Shown: positions 1-13,400 of the stretch, one piece after another
Position numbering within the stretch: position 1 is the stretch's first letter
Layout of the letters: each line of letters begins with the position of its first letter
Assembly: GCA_964016885.1 (NCBI GenBank)
Contig: OZ024746.1
Span: 21,886,001 to 21,950,000 of the forward strand
Reading direction: 5' to 3'
DNA length: 64,000 nt
From: Eledone cirrhosa
Taxonomy: Eukaryota
The notes under the pieces: generated by a model
Seen by the model: the letters and a program-made list of their open reading frames with translations, nothing else
Database searches by the model: none
Told to the model about the DNA's origin: nothing
Program-made: the position numbers and the translations under genes

Positions 1-2340
1 CTATAATAGAACCATAGTTCAGGTGGTTTGGTATCAAAAGGGTTAATCGGTTGCAGTCTATTGTTTTAGTAACTGAAGATTTACAGTTATAATTGACCAT
101 GGAAGTTAGCTGAATGGTTATTAAGTGTTTATGTGTATGTATATTGACTGTATGACCTTCCAAAAATATAACAATATCTGTTTCAAGAATCTTGCAAAAT
201 GAAAACAAAGTAGGCAAAACTCCAGAGTAACAAGACTCACTATTTAGCCTTAATAAAATGAATATATATACTGTGACACATATTTTCACATCTTACACAT
301 CATATAACAAATACATTTTCATACATCTGTTGAATATATTATTTTTAAAAAGATCATTCAATAGTTTTAGTTTAGAAAGAAATTGTTGTTAAATTTCCTA
401 ATTTAGATTCTGTTGATCAATGTTCTTGAATCACTAAGAGAACTATCTCCCCCCCCCCCCCCCCCCCCCCCCCCCCGCCGCCCACCCACCCTAAAAAAAA
501 AAAAAAAACTGTTTAGTTACAAAGTGTAAACAGATGCTCAATGAATGTTTAAAGATCAGTCTATGATGATGATGATGATAGTCAATCAAAGGTAATAATT
601 ATTTATCAGCCATTTCATATATTCTTTAATATCATCTATTTAGATTTTACCTATTTAATATATTTGATTTAATTTTTACAAATTATACACACACACAATC
701 TATTTTTAGACACATTGAGCAAATATGTATTTATTGACAATTAACTTAAAGTTAGAAGCTTCAACATTTTTTTTTTTTTTTTTCTTTTTCTTTAAAAAAC
801 ATTTTGGACATAAAAACCACTGGATGCTGTCAACTTTTTTCTGCCCAGGGGCTTCTATGCCCAATTTGTTAGACTAATGTTCATAATAAAAAAAATACAT
901 TGAAGCTTCTAATAAGTTAATTTTCAATATATATATATTTGAAACAAAGCATATAGATCTTTGTTTTGTGTAATGCTATTTTAATTGCAAACATGACATA
1001 TTTCTAAACAGATAGTGTATCAGATGAAACACATACTTGTCCTGTTTATTTTGTTATGAGAAAATGCCTATCATTAATGCTTGTCTTTTCTTTCATGTGA
1101 AGGGGTGTGGCTTCACAATCAAAGTTGTAGGGTGAAGTTCTGGACCAAGCAACATGCATTCTTGGGCAAAACACTTTATTTCACAATGCTCCTTCCACCA
1201 GTTGTAGCAACTGACGGACAGTATCCAGCAATGAAAAAAAACAAAACAATGGAAACATTGTTTCCTTGGTCCAATCTAATAATTGGCTCCTTCCATCCCT
1301 GTTTGTTTTTTCTTTTATGGAATGATTCAGCAATGATCTCACATTAACTAATCTTATCCTCCTTTCTTATCTTTAAACCTTGATGTCCTGTACCACGTGA
1401 AACAACATTAGCAAGATATTCTTGAAAAGTACAAAACAGCCTGAAGATTGTATGATATTAAAAATAAAGGTCTTCAATTTAATACTGCATATTTTTATAA
1501 CAATCTATCCACTTGTCAAGACAATTGAAATGACTCTGTCTCTACACAGTGCACAGTTCTAATAGCACATAATAATACCAATATCTTTTCATTGTGTATA
1601 GAATATTAAGTTAAAATTGGAACATAAAGGTTCTTACATAAAATTATAATGGAGGGGTTTTAGATAAATATAATACTTTAAAACAAAGTTTTGTATCACA
1701 GAGGCTGCTGTAGTTTCAGGTAGTGGATTAGCAGAATCAGTAGAACATGAGATAAAATGCTTTATCATATTTAGTTGCATCAGTTTAGGTTCTAAATTCA
1801 TATCATGCTTGGTTCAACTTTGCCTTTTGTCCAGGACCAATAAAATAAGTACCGGTGAAGGATTGGGGTTGATTTAATCGACTATACCTGTCCCCCTTGC
1901 TTTGAGGTGTTGTATTTATGTTAGAAGTAACTATTCCTATTGCTGTATAGGTCTTCACATGTTAAAATGGTTTTATATAATTATTTATATTTAATGTTTC
2001 TATATCCATAGATATTCCAATTCATGACTCTAGATGATCCTAGACAAAATATTGAATAAAATCAAATTTTCTCTTTTGTCCTAGTTATGACTTCTAACTT
2101 AGAATTGGCTAACTACAAGTGTTTATTGCATTAAATGTTGCAATAATCAGTGCTATGGGCAAGGCTATATTTAGACTTTTGGGGGCATGAGGCAGTTCCT
2201 AGAGGGGGGCCCTGTTTGACAAGGAGTACCTAGAACATTCACCCCTCAGCCCCCTTGATAAATCTGGTTATGGAATTATTAACTATTATATTTTAGAATT
2301 ACAATAGGAATTGTTTGGGGAAAGTCAGTATATCAGCAAT

Positions 2341-2372
<32 letters not shown>

Positions 2373-4224
2373 TTTCTCCAGTAATTTGAATAGATTCAAC
2401 TTGGTAATGAAATTTGGCTTGGCTCAGGTGTGATGAGAACAAAGCTGTGTGAAAAGGCTAGAAAGGATTTTTAGAGGAAAGCTGGCTTTCCTAAGACAAT
2501 AGAAAAATCTTTACAACTAACAAAATAGATTTTTATTAATTAACTTCTAAGATCTCCATTATTAGACAGAAAAGAGCAATAGGATCACTGATAAGACTAC
2601 AAATTATACAATAGAGGGCTTGCTATTCCCTCTTTCTCAAATTAGGGATTTTTCCATAATTTGTAATCTCCACAGTACTTTGCCTAACAGGCTAAGTTAT
2701 AGCTGCATATATAAATATTTATATACTAAAGTTTCATACTGTAAACGTGGTTGGTGTTAGGAAGGGCATACACCCAAAATACAGTCTTTGAGCAAGGTAC
2801 AATGTGGCCAACCCATGCAAGCATGGAAAAAAAATAGATATTAAACGATAATGATGATCATCATCATCATGGCAAAGTGCTCCATCAATCAAGTCGCAAA
2901 TTGAACTGCTATGATTATTGCTTCGAAAGTGATAGATATGTGGTTAGATTCCTTTTCAATGAAGCTGTTGCCATTTTCTGTCAAATTGGTGTTTAAAATA
3001 GGTTTTTATTTTTTTATATAATATATATTTTAAAAAGATATTTGTTTGAATATTGATATTTATAAATGAATGGTTTACATAAACCAATTTTAGAACAGGA
3101 ATGCATTCTCTCACTGACAACATAGGGAACTTCATTGCTTAGTCTTCTTAGGTATCATACTCAATATCTAAAAATTGTTTACACATGTTACACTATGAAA
3201 TATCTTAATTATATAAAGCCTCCATTTTGTGACTAAATAAAAATGCTTGACAACATATACAACTTTCTCATTTCCTATGCTAGATGCTTTTGTGCCATAT
3301 AAATGATTGATTGACCTGGTGCTACATCTATCCTCATAGAAACAATTGTAGGAATTAAAGATTGAATTTGAATAAGAACCTTGGTTTCCTTTTGTATTGA
3401 TTATATATATATACTTAGGATATGTAGAAATTTCAAACACAGAAAACAACTGTAACCACAGTCAATTGCTATAATAGCTTGGAAAATTAGGTAGCCAGTA
3501 AGTAGGCACTGATAGGAATCATTTAGTTCAATGGTACAGAGCAATCAGCTGGAACTTGATTCTTCATAGTGTCTATGGCCACTTTTTTTTTTTTTTTTTT
3601 TTTTTTTACCAATCGACAGTGGTTACATTTCCTAAGAATTTCAATCTACTCAACCCTCTGATAATTTATTTTCAAAATATCTATATATACTTCGTTTTTG
3701 TATTTGTTTTGCAAGATTCTTGAAATCTAGTAACTACAAAAAAGAAAAAAAAAAAATCAAAGCAAAGAAGACACAGCAGGCCAAAACAGTCATTGAAAAG
3801 GTCACAGAATGTGTGACAAATAACCATCTGGTTACTAAATTAAACAATGAATGGACTAGTTATCCGACTAATAATAAAACTGAAGTGAAACTCAACTGGT
3901 GTGTGTAATTATTTTTTATTGATAGCATGACTCTCCCAAAGTATATATGTGTATATATATATATATATATTTTTTTTTTTCTTGTTCATTCTATATTCAG
4001 CAATACAAGCAGGGCATTTAGCTGTAAAAACATTTTCTTCTGCTATATGCAATGTCCATATTTATAACAATCATGGTTATATGAAAGAAATGATATAAAA
4101 TAGTTAGAATAGTATAAAACAAAATAATTTCAGTCTGATTGGAGAGAACCATGTAAGAAAGCATGACAGCAGGATAAACATGGAGGCCTTTAGTCATGTG
4201 GAATTGTTTTTTACTTTGAATAAA

Positions 4225-4230
4225 TTTATT
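4225..4230 (-). terminator. Candidate polyadenylation signal (AATAAA) of the sulfurtransferase gene
   Basis: TTTATT on the plus strand about 130 nt past the stop. The motif is common in AT-rich DNA. Confidence 0.3.
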
Positions 4231-4357
4231 GAAAATTATGTTTTCTATAGGAAAAAATAAAATCAGAAGCAAATTTACTTAAAAAAATGTTGAAGGCATT
4301 AAAATAATACTGGGATACATTTTGAAATGTTCTTTACTGTAACTAAAATTCCTTTGA

Positions 4358-4408
4358 TTAAACAATATTTTTCGAATCAGCCCTGTTTGACCATTCATTC
4401 CAAGAACC
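4358..4408 (-). CDS. TST: Sulfurtransferase last coding exon (GSWNEWSNRADSKNIV*)
   Basis: Acceptor tacttttag; GSWxEW rhodanese C-terminal signature; TAA at 4358-4360. Confidence 0.92.
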   Translation of the reverse strand, partial: GSWNEWSNRADSKNIV

Positions 4409-7400
4409 CTAAAAGTAGAAATAATATATTGTTTGAGAATTAATTCAAGATTGAACTGAGATTATATATTTAACCCTTTAGCGTTTAAACTGGCCATATC
4501 AGGCCAGAATTCTCTCACCATTTTCTGTTCAAACCAGCTGTAACTGGCCATTCATACTGATTTTACGGTATTATCAACATTTCTTAGCTTCGATATTATG
4601 AGATAATTATGTGAGGTAAAGTCTTTAGTGTGAAAATGTAGTAGTAGTATATATAGAGTAATATAAATGCTAAAGGGTTAAGTAAAATGTGCATACAAAT
4701 ATAAGGGGTTCATATGAAAAGTGTTATTTTGCTGGAAATGAAATAAGAATGGAGAAAATTCCAACTTAGTAAATAATTGTTTCAAATTTAGGCAGAAGGC
4801 CAGTAATTTTGGCAGGAGAGGAAATTCAATTTTATCAACCACAGTACTTAACTGGTACTTTATTTCATCAATCCTGGAAGATGACCTCGGTGAGATTTGT
4901 AACAAAATGCCTTAAAGCATTCTGTTTGACACTTTAACAATTTTGCTCCTGACCTTCAACCAAGTGAATAATTAACTACCAACAAAAGTGCTAATAATAT
5001 GCAAATTAGTATGTCCATTTCAGGATACTACTGTAAGTGATAGGGTATATAAACTCTGTTATATATGTTCTTGTGGTTGTTTAGATGCTTTTGATACCAA
5101 ATGCCTATGCAAAATCGTTGGCATCAGGTAGGATAACTTCATCACCAATAAACCCACCAACATGCGCAAGCAACGGCTTGGCTCCCAAATGTGAGACATG
5201 CTAATAAGGTCCTGTAATGGTACCCCCATGGAAAGGGGTGAAGACGACGTCCGAAAGATCAACAAAAGTTGGAACAATTTATTGATAGATGCAACTGTCC
5301 ATAGTCACTGGAGCACTTTGGCTGCCACATGTATTTCAAGACACGGAAGCTTCTAATTAAGTCTAGGTGATATACATGTCTTCTGATGAGGTATTTCTCA
5401 CATTTTTCAATTTACAGGAAGTATGTATATTTGGCATATTTACATATCTATAAAGGATCACATATCAGCCCCCTGACCAACCTGGAGGTCAGAAAAAACT
5501 CCACTTGAAGACTGATCAGCATGTCCAACCATTGCCAGCAGGAAAGTGGATATTGAATTATGATAATGACAATGTTGAATATATATATACATATTTGTTG
5601 GGTTGCCCAGTGCAATAGAAAGAGTGAGTTGGCAATGCATCTGTAGGTGAGGGCTAGAGTATATTGGTCAGTTGGGTGGCCTTATATCAAACACTGTTTA
5701 GGGTCTCTATATAGGCAGTAGCAGCACTGTCCCAGATGTAGGAGCAATACTTCATTGTGGATTTCACTTGATTCTAGCAACAATTAGAGGTCTGGAAAGG
5801 AGCTAGCTGAGTAAGGTATAGAATACCATTACCATAAGATAATAGATAGTTGTCCTCATGTTACACATGTCCACGAAGAGATCACTAAGGAACTATCTTG
5901 AATACAAAGTGTACTGGGTGTATCATGTCATTTTCATTAGCATGGCTGTTATATACTTATGTGAAGGCATGTGGCTTAGTGGTTAGAGAAGTGGATTCAC
6001 AATTATGAGGTTGTGAGTTTGATTCCCAGACTGGGCGATGTATTATGTCCTTGAGCAAGACACTTTATTTCATATTGCTCTTTCTACCAGGAGTTGTGAC
6101 CAGTATACAGTATCAGCAATGGAAACATTGTTTCCTTGGTTTGATTTGATGAGTTCCACGCCACTCGGTAAGCAAATGAGGTCTGGGATCTTGTCAATCG
6201 ATCTAAAAGTAAAACATATATTTATTCAAAATGTCCTCTCAAACCCTATGTTGTTTTTGTTTGATCACCAACACTGTAGCCTGTAGTCTCTTGTCACTCA
6301 CAACATTTATTTTTTTGTGTGACAGTGCTTGTACAAAAGGGCTTGAAAAAAAATACAGAAAAATAAAAACTTACTGCATAGACACCAATTTCTTCTTTAC
6401 CAAGCATTGTTGCAGCTGCAGCAATACCACAGGCAGTTATTCCATATTGGCATGTTGTAATTAAAGGTTTTCCAAGATCAATTCCACATGCAGTAAACAC
6501 TGAATTAAATATAAGAAATAGTTAATTTTCAAAGGATATTATTGATAACCAAAAAGAAAAAGAAAAAAATGATGACACATAATAAAATACATCCAGTACA
6601 TTCTGTAAAGTAGTAGTACTTGTACCGCAATAAAATACATCCAGTACACTCTGTAAAGTGGGAGTGCAGGTTCCACAAGAAAATGTACCCAGTACACTCT
6701 GTAAAGTGGGAGTGCAGGTTCCACAAGAAAATGTACCCAGTACACTCTGTAAAGTGATAGTGCTGGTTCTACAAAAAAATATACCCAGTACACTGTGTAA
6801 ATTGGTAGTACAGGTGCCACTATAAAATGCCCCCAATATACTATGTAAAGTGATAATGTTGATGATAGTATACTCTGCAAAATGGTAATACTGGTTCGTA
6901 ATAAAATGCATTCAGTACACTAAATAAATGCGTTCAGTAAAATGTTTAGTGGTGTAGAAACCAGATGTGGTTTTCTTATCAATCTTGTCTCATACACCAG
7001 CAAAGAAAACATAGGATGATGATGATGACAATAACAATGATGATAGATACACATGTGTGTTATGGGTGCTGCTGTATTCCATCTTTGAATGTAGGAGACA
7101 ATGTTTTATCAGGCAGTGAAGTAACTGTAGGTGTACTGGCCCCACTTTTTTGGTCAGCTTGACAATCTGCCATGGCAAAAGCCCACTTGCTCATGTGGCA
7201 GTTGTGAGTCAACTGTTGGTTCCAATCTGGCTAGAAGAATTTGCTCTAGGAGTTTGAAGGGGACACACAGGAGGGAGATTGGTTTGTAGCTCTTTGGATC
7301 ATCTACAGGTTTGTTTGGTTTTGGAAGAGCAATGACAATAGCCTTCTGCCAGATTTTTCAGTATGGTTTGGTTGATAAAGCTACAAACGTAGACCTCTCT

Positions 7401-10400
7401 GAGCTATTCGTGGCATCTTGATCTGCAATGCATCGAGAATTCGGGATGTTATTGGATCTCTGGGATATCCTTGAATGAGCTACTACTTTATCACAACAAA
7501 CATGCTTTGATGTCTAGATTCCATTCATGTTCTGCTGTTAGAATTGTAGTCAATTTGAAGAAAATTCTGTTGCTTTATAAAAACTTTCTGACTTGAAGAA
7601 AACGATGAGAAATTCAATAAAAAACTACCCAGAAAGGTGAATACATAAAAAAAATACCCAGAAATGTGAGTACATATGAAACTACCCTAAAAGGTGACTA
7701 CAATCTGTTTAGATAGAATATGTAAATAACTCACAATCTTTCAGTTCAGCCTTTGATTTCATGGTACCGTTTGGCTGAAATAGTTCTGAATATGGTATGT
7801 TCTTAGCATTGGGCATATGACCTAACAAATAAAAATAAATATTAAGAGTACCAGTAAATTTTAAATGATACAAATTTTATAAATTTTATTTGAATATATA
7901 TTGAATGTAAATATGGTCAGTTGATGGGATATGGTGAAGGTTGGTCAGCTGATGGCATATGGTGAGGGATGGACAGTTGATAGATGTTAACCAATGCTAA
8001 AAAGTTCTTGACATGAAAAAAAAAGAATAAAACAAATCTTATAGAGATTCATTGATGAAATTCTTTTAAGATTGAAAATTTTGAATAAAACACTTTGTTA
8101 TAATCCTATATATTCAGTTTGGGCTTCAAATTGTTTAAAATTATTGAAATAATTAATAATCTCTCTAAATTCTTTATTAAGTAATAAAAGTGCTTTGCAT
8201 TTCATAAGGAATATGATAATGAAAGTATTATAAAATATGTACCAAGCTTGTCTTTGGGATCACCATGGAAATTTTTAGAAGGACGACAGTCAACAACTTG
8301 TTCCATTTCAGTTTCTAGATTTTTCATCATATCCTCAAAGTTTCTAAAATGTTTTGGTTTGAGATGAATTTCAAAATTGCATTTCTAGAAAATGTAAAAA
8401 TACAATGAAGAAAAATGCCAGCCACACAATATAGCAATAACATATTACATCAGATTTAAGGATATTTCAATCAATCAATATCAATAGTTCACACTGCTTG
8501 CAAGGATACCTATGACTCTCAGTCACCATTCAATTCTATTGTTCATTATATTTGGCAGGTCAGAGAAATTGCAGATTATGTTGTCACAAATCTACTTTAT
8601 ATAGGTCTTGGTTTGTCATCCCCTGATAGCTCTTCCTTGTGTAGGCTCCCACAATGATGTTTTGAGTTAATGAAAAAAAATAGTTTTCAGGGTTTCTTTT
8701 GTTAATTTTTTTAATTTTGAGATGGTGTAAGGTAAGGAAATGGTTAATGATAGTATAGTTCATATTTTGATACTGTAGATATTATGGATATGTGGTTAGA
8801 ATGTCATAAGAAAGAATCGCTGGAGAGATTTTATGAGCAAAACCAATCAGCAAGAAACACAGGGGTAGACCCTGAGCAGGGTGGTTGGATAAAATCTATG
8901 AGCCCGGCTTGTCTTGCTTGGGGATCTAGCTGGATCAATTGAAGACAGGACCCGCTGGATGGTGTGTTTGAGGACTCTGCCCCCATAAACCTCCCAGGAA
9001 TAAGAGAGCAAATAAGAAGATTGTAGATATATTTCTCATTTAATTAAAGTGCTAGATGCAGATGTATGGACTATTTTCAGCTCCTTCAAATCATACAAGC
9101 ATAGCATGTAAATACAAAACTAATTGATTATTCCTCTATATCTCTTTCTCACTTCCTCTCTCTATCCTTCTCTGCAAGATATCTGCTGGAGAGGAGACGT
9201 GTTTTCCACCAGATTTTTAAAAAAAGGTCTTAAGAAATACTGTATGTCAATATGGTGCCTCTATGACTCCCCCAGGAGTTACAGGTCCATACATAATACA
9301 AGTTCCCAACTAGAAAATAATACTTATTTAAAACATTCTAGAAGCAATAAAGAAAAGGTAAGTTTTTACCTCATAAGTTGTTGATTTAGTTGTAACTTCA
9401 AAGTTATTAGCAATCCACTTGGCAAATCCTCCATCTAACAGGGACACATTTGAGTGGCCAAGGTACTGAAAAGTAAAATAATCTATATCATTATAAACTG
9501 CATAGTCATGTCATGATGTCTGTTTGTCACTGATGAATGTTACAATATGTCAAAAACGTTCTAGAATTTTATAATTTAGAATTTATGGAGTTCATTTTTA
9601 AGACAACAATGTATCCTCTATTTCTCTAGCTGTTTGTGTGTGTGTGCACATATATATATATATGTTATCTATATGTCCCCTCAATCTTTCTATTAGAGTG
9701 TATATATATTATGAAATACTGTTGGCTTCATGCTCACAACAATTTATATACTTTCATTTATATATATATATAGACAGAGAGAAAGAGAGAGGCCTCATCA
9801 GTCAAGTCAATGACCAGCAACCTCCTTAATGCTGGTACTATGATAAAAATGCACCCAATACACACTGTAAAGTGGCTGGTGATAGGAAGGGGTTCCAGCC
9901 ATAAAAAAAACCATGCCAAAAAGGGTTGAAAAGATCTTTCAGTCAAAATACAGCAACCCCCGTAGTTCTGGTGTCATGATAAAATGCTACTGGTGTGCCC
10001 TGTAGAGTGCAGGAAAGTATGTAAAATACATGTGGTCCATGGCTCATCTGAGAGCTCAGTAATTTTGATTAAGTTTTGACATGGTTTAGGACAATCTGTC
10101 CAACCCTTACTAGCAAGGAAAAGGACATTAAATGATGATGATATTAATGATGAGGATGATAATAATATAGTAATTAGGACACTGATCCAATCAATGAAGT
10201 GACTATGCTTGATGTACACAATATAAAATATGAAAACACAGAAGGTGTAGTGGGATAGCAGGCAGACTAACAGAAAAGGCAGGATTTATATGTGGCAAAT
10301 ATATGGTAGTAAGAGAACCAAAGAAGTAAACTTTCTCCAATCCTGAGGCTATACCATAGAAGTAGTTGATAATTTCTGTTATCTAGGTGACTTAATAAAC

Positions 10401-13400
10401 AATGGACAGTGATTCTCTGAAAGTGTAGTAGCTAGAATAAGACCAGGATGGAAAAAAAATCTATGGAGCGACTACATCTGTTAAAAACAAAAGATTTTTC
10501 TTTATGAATGGAAGGCCAACTCTATGATGCTTGTGTGTGATGATGATGATTAGTGTCATTTTAGGGGTATTTAGCTGATATTTCAAGCAGGTCAAGTAAC
10601 CACAGAGAAGCTCTTTCGATGATGATTACAGTATATCATCATCATCATCATCATCAACGTTTAACGTCCGTGTTCCACGCTTGCATGGGTTTGGACGGGG
10701 GTATTCCCACTTGAGGCAAGAGTGATTGTCTTGCTCGCATAGGACTGTCTGGCAGGTTTTCTACAGTTGGATGCCCTTCCTAACACCAACCACATTTACA
10801 GTGTGGGGCTGGGAGGTTTTTACCGTGTTGCCTACACGGCCACATTACAGCATGGACTGTGTGTTTTTTTGTCGTGACACCTACACGATCTCATTTGTTT
10901 CGGCCTCGATGGCGCGGCACCAACATAACTTTACATAGAACGGGGTGGTGTGGATCGGGTGGGGGTGGGGGTGGTGGGACGGGGTGTATTTTGTTAGAGA
11001 TGCCTACTGGCTGGAGTAGGTTTTACTATATATTTAGGTAAGGCGGGTCTTCTCTGTTACTGAGTACCGCCAAAGGTCTCGGTCCAGTGACATTGTCTTG
11101 GAGAGGTGTAAGTGTGTGATGTCGGAGTTTATCAGCTCGTCCCAGGTTTTTCTAGGTCTGCCTATTCCGTGACTACCGTCTATCTTTATTGCCCTGCACT
11201 TTGTTATACAGCTATCGACTTTCATGCGCATCACGTGTCCATACCAACGTAGCCTTCTCTCGAGTAAACAACATCTGATCCCTCTTATCTCTAATTTTTT
11301 CCTTAGTTCGTTTATGCTTTGCCGTTCACGTATATTACTGTTACACATCCAGCGGAGCATGCAAGCTTCGTTCCTCTCTAGTCTGCGTATATCCTCTGCA
11401 CACAATGCCCAGGTCTCACTGCCATGCAGCATTGCTGTTCGTATGCAGGCATCGTACAACCTGCCTTTCATTTTTAGTGAGAACCCTTTAGCAGCTAATA
11501 GTGGTATAAGCTCTCTGAACTTTTTCCAACCAGTTCTGACTCTAGCTACAGTACTTTCAGAGCACCCTCCCCCACTGCTGATTTTATCGCCCAGGTAACG
11601 GAAGCTGTCCACTATTTCTATAGAACCCTCTGCGCAATTGAAAGAGCTAGTAGTTTGTGGGCACTTGCTGCTACTTATTGCACCAGAGCACCGGCCACAT
11701 GTAAAATCTATGTTCTTAGTTAGCTTACCTGTGATCCCACTACATCTTTTATGCACCCATACTTTGCATTTAGGACATAAAATATATATGAAGAGATAAT
11801 CAGTAAGTTGTAATACCTACCTTAAATAGCCACCAGGTTCGAAATGCAGAGCTATTATTTTGCTGGTCATAAACAATGACATAATTATCGTTTGAAACTC
11901 CAAGACTTCCAATATATTCACTCATACAGTTTCTATCTGGTAAATTAAATTGTACATGTTCAGTGGGTTTAGAGCAAGTATTTAGGTCGAAATACACAGA
12001 GCCAGGAATATGTTGCCTATGATAAAGAAATTAGAAACAAGTATTATCATTAGTACCAGTAATGCATTAGAGTCGATTTAATTGACTTTCCCCCTCCCCC
12101 CAAATTGTTGGCCTTGTGCCTAAATCAGAAACAGTTATATTTAAGGGTGGTGCATTGGCAGTATTGGCAGAGCATCAGACATCATGCTGTGTGACATGTA
12201 GTTACATCCCTTTACGTTCTGAGTTCAAATCCCGCCGAGGTTGACTTTGCCTTTCATCCTTACGGGGTCGATAAAATAAAGTACCAGTAATGCACTGGGT
12301 AATTGCTGGCCTTGTGCCTAAAGTAAAAACAATTATTATAATTATTATCATCCTTTCAAGGTCAATAATATAAAATACCAGTCAAATACTGGTGTCAATT
12401 TAATCAACTTCTCTTTACTCTAAATTGCTGTGCCTAAATTAGAAATGACAACCACCACCTCCACCATACAACCACAATTAAGCCAAACACCACCACCACC
12501 ACCACTGCCATACAACCACAATTATGCCAAACACCACCACCACCACTGCCATACAACCACAATTATGTCAAACACCACCACCACCACTGTCACTACCACC
12601 ACCACCACTGCCATACAACCACAATTATGCCAAACACCACCACCACCACTGTCACTACCACCACCACCACTGCCATACAACCACAATTATGCCAAACACC
12701 ACCACCACCACTGTCACTACCACCACCACCACCGCCATACAACCACAATTATGCCAAACACCACCACCACCACTGTCACTACCACCACCACCACCGCCAT
12801 ACAACCACAATTATGCCAAACACCACCACCACCGCTGTCACTACCACCACCACCACTGCCATACAACCACAATTATGCCAAACACCACCACCACCACTCT
12901 CACTACCACCATCACCTCCACCATACAACCACAATTATGCCAAACACCACCACCACCACTCTCACTACCACCATCACCTCCACCATACAACCACAATTAT
13001 GCCAAACACCACCACCACCGCTGTCACTACCACCACCACCTCCACCATACAACCACAATTATGCCAAACACCACCACCACCACTGTCACTACCACCATCA
13101 CCTCCACCATACAACCACAATTATGCCAAACACCACCACCACCGCTGTCACTACCACCATCACCTCCACCATACAACCACAATTATGCCAAACACCACCA
13201 CCACCGCTGTCACTACCACCATCACCTCCACCATACAACCACAATTATGCCAAACACCACCACCACCACTGTCACTACCACCATCACCTCCACCATACAA
13301 CCACAATTATTCCAAACACCACCACCACCACTGTCACTACCACCACCACCACTGCCATACAACCACAATTATGCCAAACACCACCACCACCGCTGTCACT

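Noticed and set aside
448-509. Poly-C followed by poly-A as a functional element
   Set aside because: Homopolymers are frequent in this window and their lengths are error-prone; there is no supporting context.
1441-1545. Possible hammerheads at CTGAAGA 1441, CTGATGA 5383, 9530, 48227 and 61646
   Set aside because: No convincing stem I/II closure or no GAAA/stem III; chance matches or too decayed to call.
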